The notes below the pieces were generated by a model. That model ran no database searches, was not told the origin of the DNA, and saw only the letters and a list, made by a program, of their open reading frames with translations. From positions 138,696,001-138,760,000 of the forward strand of contig CM059432.1 in NCBI GenBank assembly GCA_030390025.1: 64,000 nt of DNA, written 5' to 3'. This DNA is from Squalus acanthias. Taxonomy: Eukaryota. Every line of letters begins with the position of its first letter. The stretch's first letter is position 1. A program made the position numbers and the translations under genes. This document shows positions 62,279 to 64,000 of this stretch, piece by piece.

Positions 62279-64000
62279 GGGCTCGATTTTAATTCCCGAG
62301 GCGGGTTGGAGTCGGGTTGCGTGGTGGGCGGGTTCGGGAGCCACTTCCGGCGGGATCAGCTGCAGAGTTGCGATTTTTATTAAAGTACCTTGTTAATTTC
62401 ATGGCGGCGCGCTGGCCGGTCCAATGAGTGGGATCGGGTCGGCTGGCCGCCTCTGATGACGTCATAATAGCAGCTCCTTTTAAAGCTGCCATCCAGCCTG
62501 AGCCTTTCCATTGTGGTTTCCTGCACTTGATTTAAACGCTATGACTTCTTCCAGAGGCAAGGCAGCTCCTCACTTTAATGATGAGTCCCTCCAAGTTCTT
62601 CTGGATGCTGTCAGAGGGCGCAGGGAGATTCTCTTCCCTCCTGATGGCCGGAGGAAGCCTCCTCAGCAGACCAAGGCAGCCTGGCTGCGCATTGCTCAGG
62701 TGGTGAGCACAAGGTCCATTTATGCACGCTCATGGATCCAGTGCCGCAAAAGGTTCAATGATCTTCTGAGAACATCAAAAGTGAGGATCCCATCTCACTT
62801 GCCTTCACTCTGCTTCCCTTCTCTTCTCATCACCAGCACTCTGCGTTGTAAGCCTCCTCCTTCACATTCCACCTTACTCTTACTTCCCTTGCACCCTTTC
62901 CTATCCATCTCTGTCTCTGCACTGAATCACTTCACCATCCTGCCTATGCACCCTTTAGACTCGCTCTCACTGTCATGCAGTGACAACAACTAACAACGCA
63001 CAGGGAGCTAGCTTCCTCTTGGCACCTTACCCCATCTTCGTCTCACTCAAAGCTTCTATGGTAGGGATTAATCACACTCACTCCATCACTGTGGCTGAAA
63101 CACCGCTTGTGTCCCTCCCTGCAGGAAAAGATAGCCCACAATAAGAGGGAGAGAGCACTGACTGGAGGAGGAACACCTACCCTTGCCACATTGACCAGTG
63201 CTGAGGAGGCAGCAAACGAGATTGTTGGAGCTGGCGAGGACCTGGAAGTGGGCGATGGAGAGATGGGCACACTAGAGGAAGCTGGTGACATAATAGATTT
63301 TCATCCCTCTCAGAAAGCAATGCAATATGATGTTCATAGAGAATCGCTTTGTATCATCTGCTCAAAAGGATGTGTCTACTACATCAATATCAGATGTCTA
63401 ATTCAAGCCTTTACTCTCCCACAGGACCACTGAGCGCCCCCTCCCCACGATCCAGGACGAAGAGCCGGACATCTCCTCAGAGGAACCTGAAGCCACTGAG
63501 GGACCAGCATCACCAGGACTCAGTGCACCCAGCACCAGCGCAGCAACGCACACCTCGGTGGGGCCTTCGCGAGTTACAGTAGTGTTGCCACCTGGTCTAT
63601 CACAGCGCACAAGTGAGCATCAGCAGATGGTGGAGACAGCGACAGCAGTGGAGAGTCCTCTGCAGAGGTCGCAGGACTCTCCTAGCTCTGCTGAGCTGCA
63701 TGCAGACGCTGTGCCTCTGGAGCCATCCAGAAAAAGAGCGGTTTGTGAAATACAGGAACAAGTGCAGGTGTCTCTGGAAGGGTTTGCCTCCAGGGTTAGT
63801 GCGAGTGTGAAGAGAATGGAGGAGTCCATCTCTAACATCAGCACTGCCGTGGTGGAGGCAATGGCGCATGAACGCACCACCATGGATAGGATGGCAACCT
63901 CCGTGGAAAGGATGGCTACCTCAGTGGAAAGGATGGCTACGGCCATGGAGGAAATAAGTCGCCAGAGTCAGGAAAACATGGTGACTGTTCAGAATAGACT
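62279..64000 (+). mobile_element. Second PIF/Harbinger element (left part; runs off window)
   Basis: TAA followed by TIR GGGCTCGATTTTAA; collinear with 19981-21680. Confidence 0.9.
62541..64000 (+). pseudogene. Harbinger Myb/SANT-like gene, exons 62541-62780, 63125-63284, 63425->64000
   Basis: MTSSRGKAAPHFNDESL...RSWIQCRKRFNDLLRTSK | EKIAHNKRERALTGGG. Exons 1 and 2 are 240 and 160 bp, as in copy 1. The only lesion seen is a 1-bp loss in the C-run near 63437-63441. Confidence 0.85.

Larger units (their letters stand above)
866..64000 (-). other. ZNF407: Large intron of ZNF407 (upstream exon not in window)
   Basis: Acceptor at 866-867. The expected preceding exon (ending ...HPDIENPDLAYLHA) was not recognised in the window. 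A small exon could have been missed by eye. Confidence 0.7.

Overview
Vertebrate nuclear DNA, very likely a shark: it carries HE1-type V-SINE, SacSINE1/DeuSINE-like and HER1/CR1-type repeats. Bases 1-865 (minus strand) are the start of the large C-terminal coding exon of a ZNF407 orthologue, which the ORF track misses because it runs off the window edge. I recognised no other ZNF407 exon, so the remaining ~63 kb is most simply the preceding intron. That intron is crowded with transposons: CR1 and L2 LINE 3' fragments, about 16 DeuSINE copies, other SINEs, hAT MITEs and Penelope-like elements. It also holds a PIF/Harbinger series: one bounded two-gene element at 19981-23603, a second copy from 62279 to the window end, and two deletion derivatives in inverted orientation. 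Several AT-rich islands without recognisable repeats look like conserved non-coding elements. The most notable observations are (1) a minimal hammerhead-ribozyme motif in a TSD-flanked Penelope insertion, (2) a TSD-flanked Penelope fold-back hairpin whose axis lies in the ribozyme core, and (3) a three-exon Harbinger Myb/SANT accessory protein with heptad repeats, an AT-hook and an RRSTR tail. There are no prokaryotic systems, CRISPR arrays, rRNA or true tRNA genes. Family names come from recalled consensus motifs, not database searches, and repeat boundaries are approximate unless a TSD is quoted.
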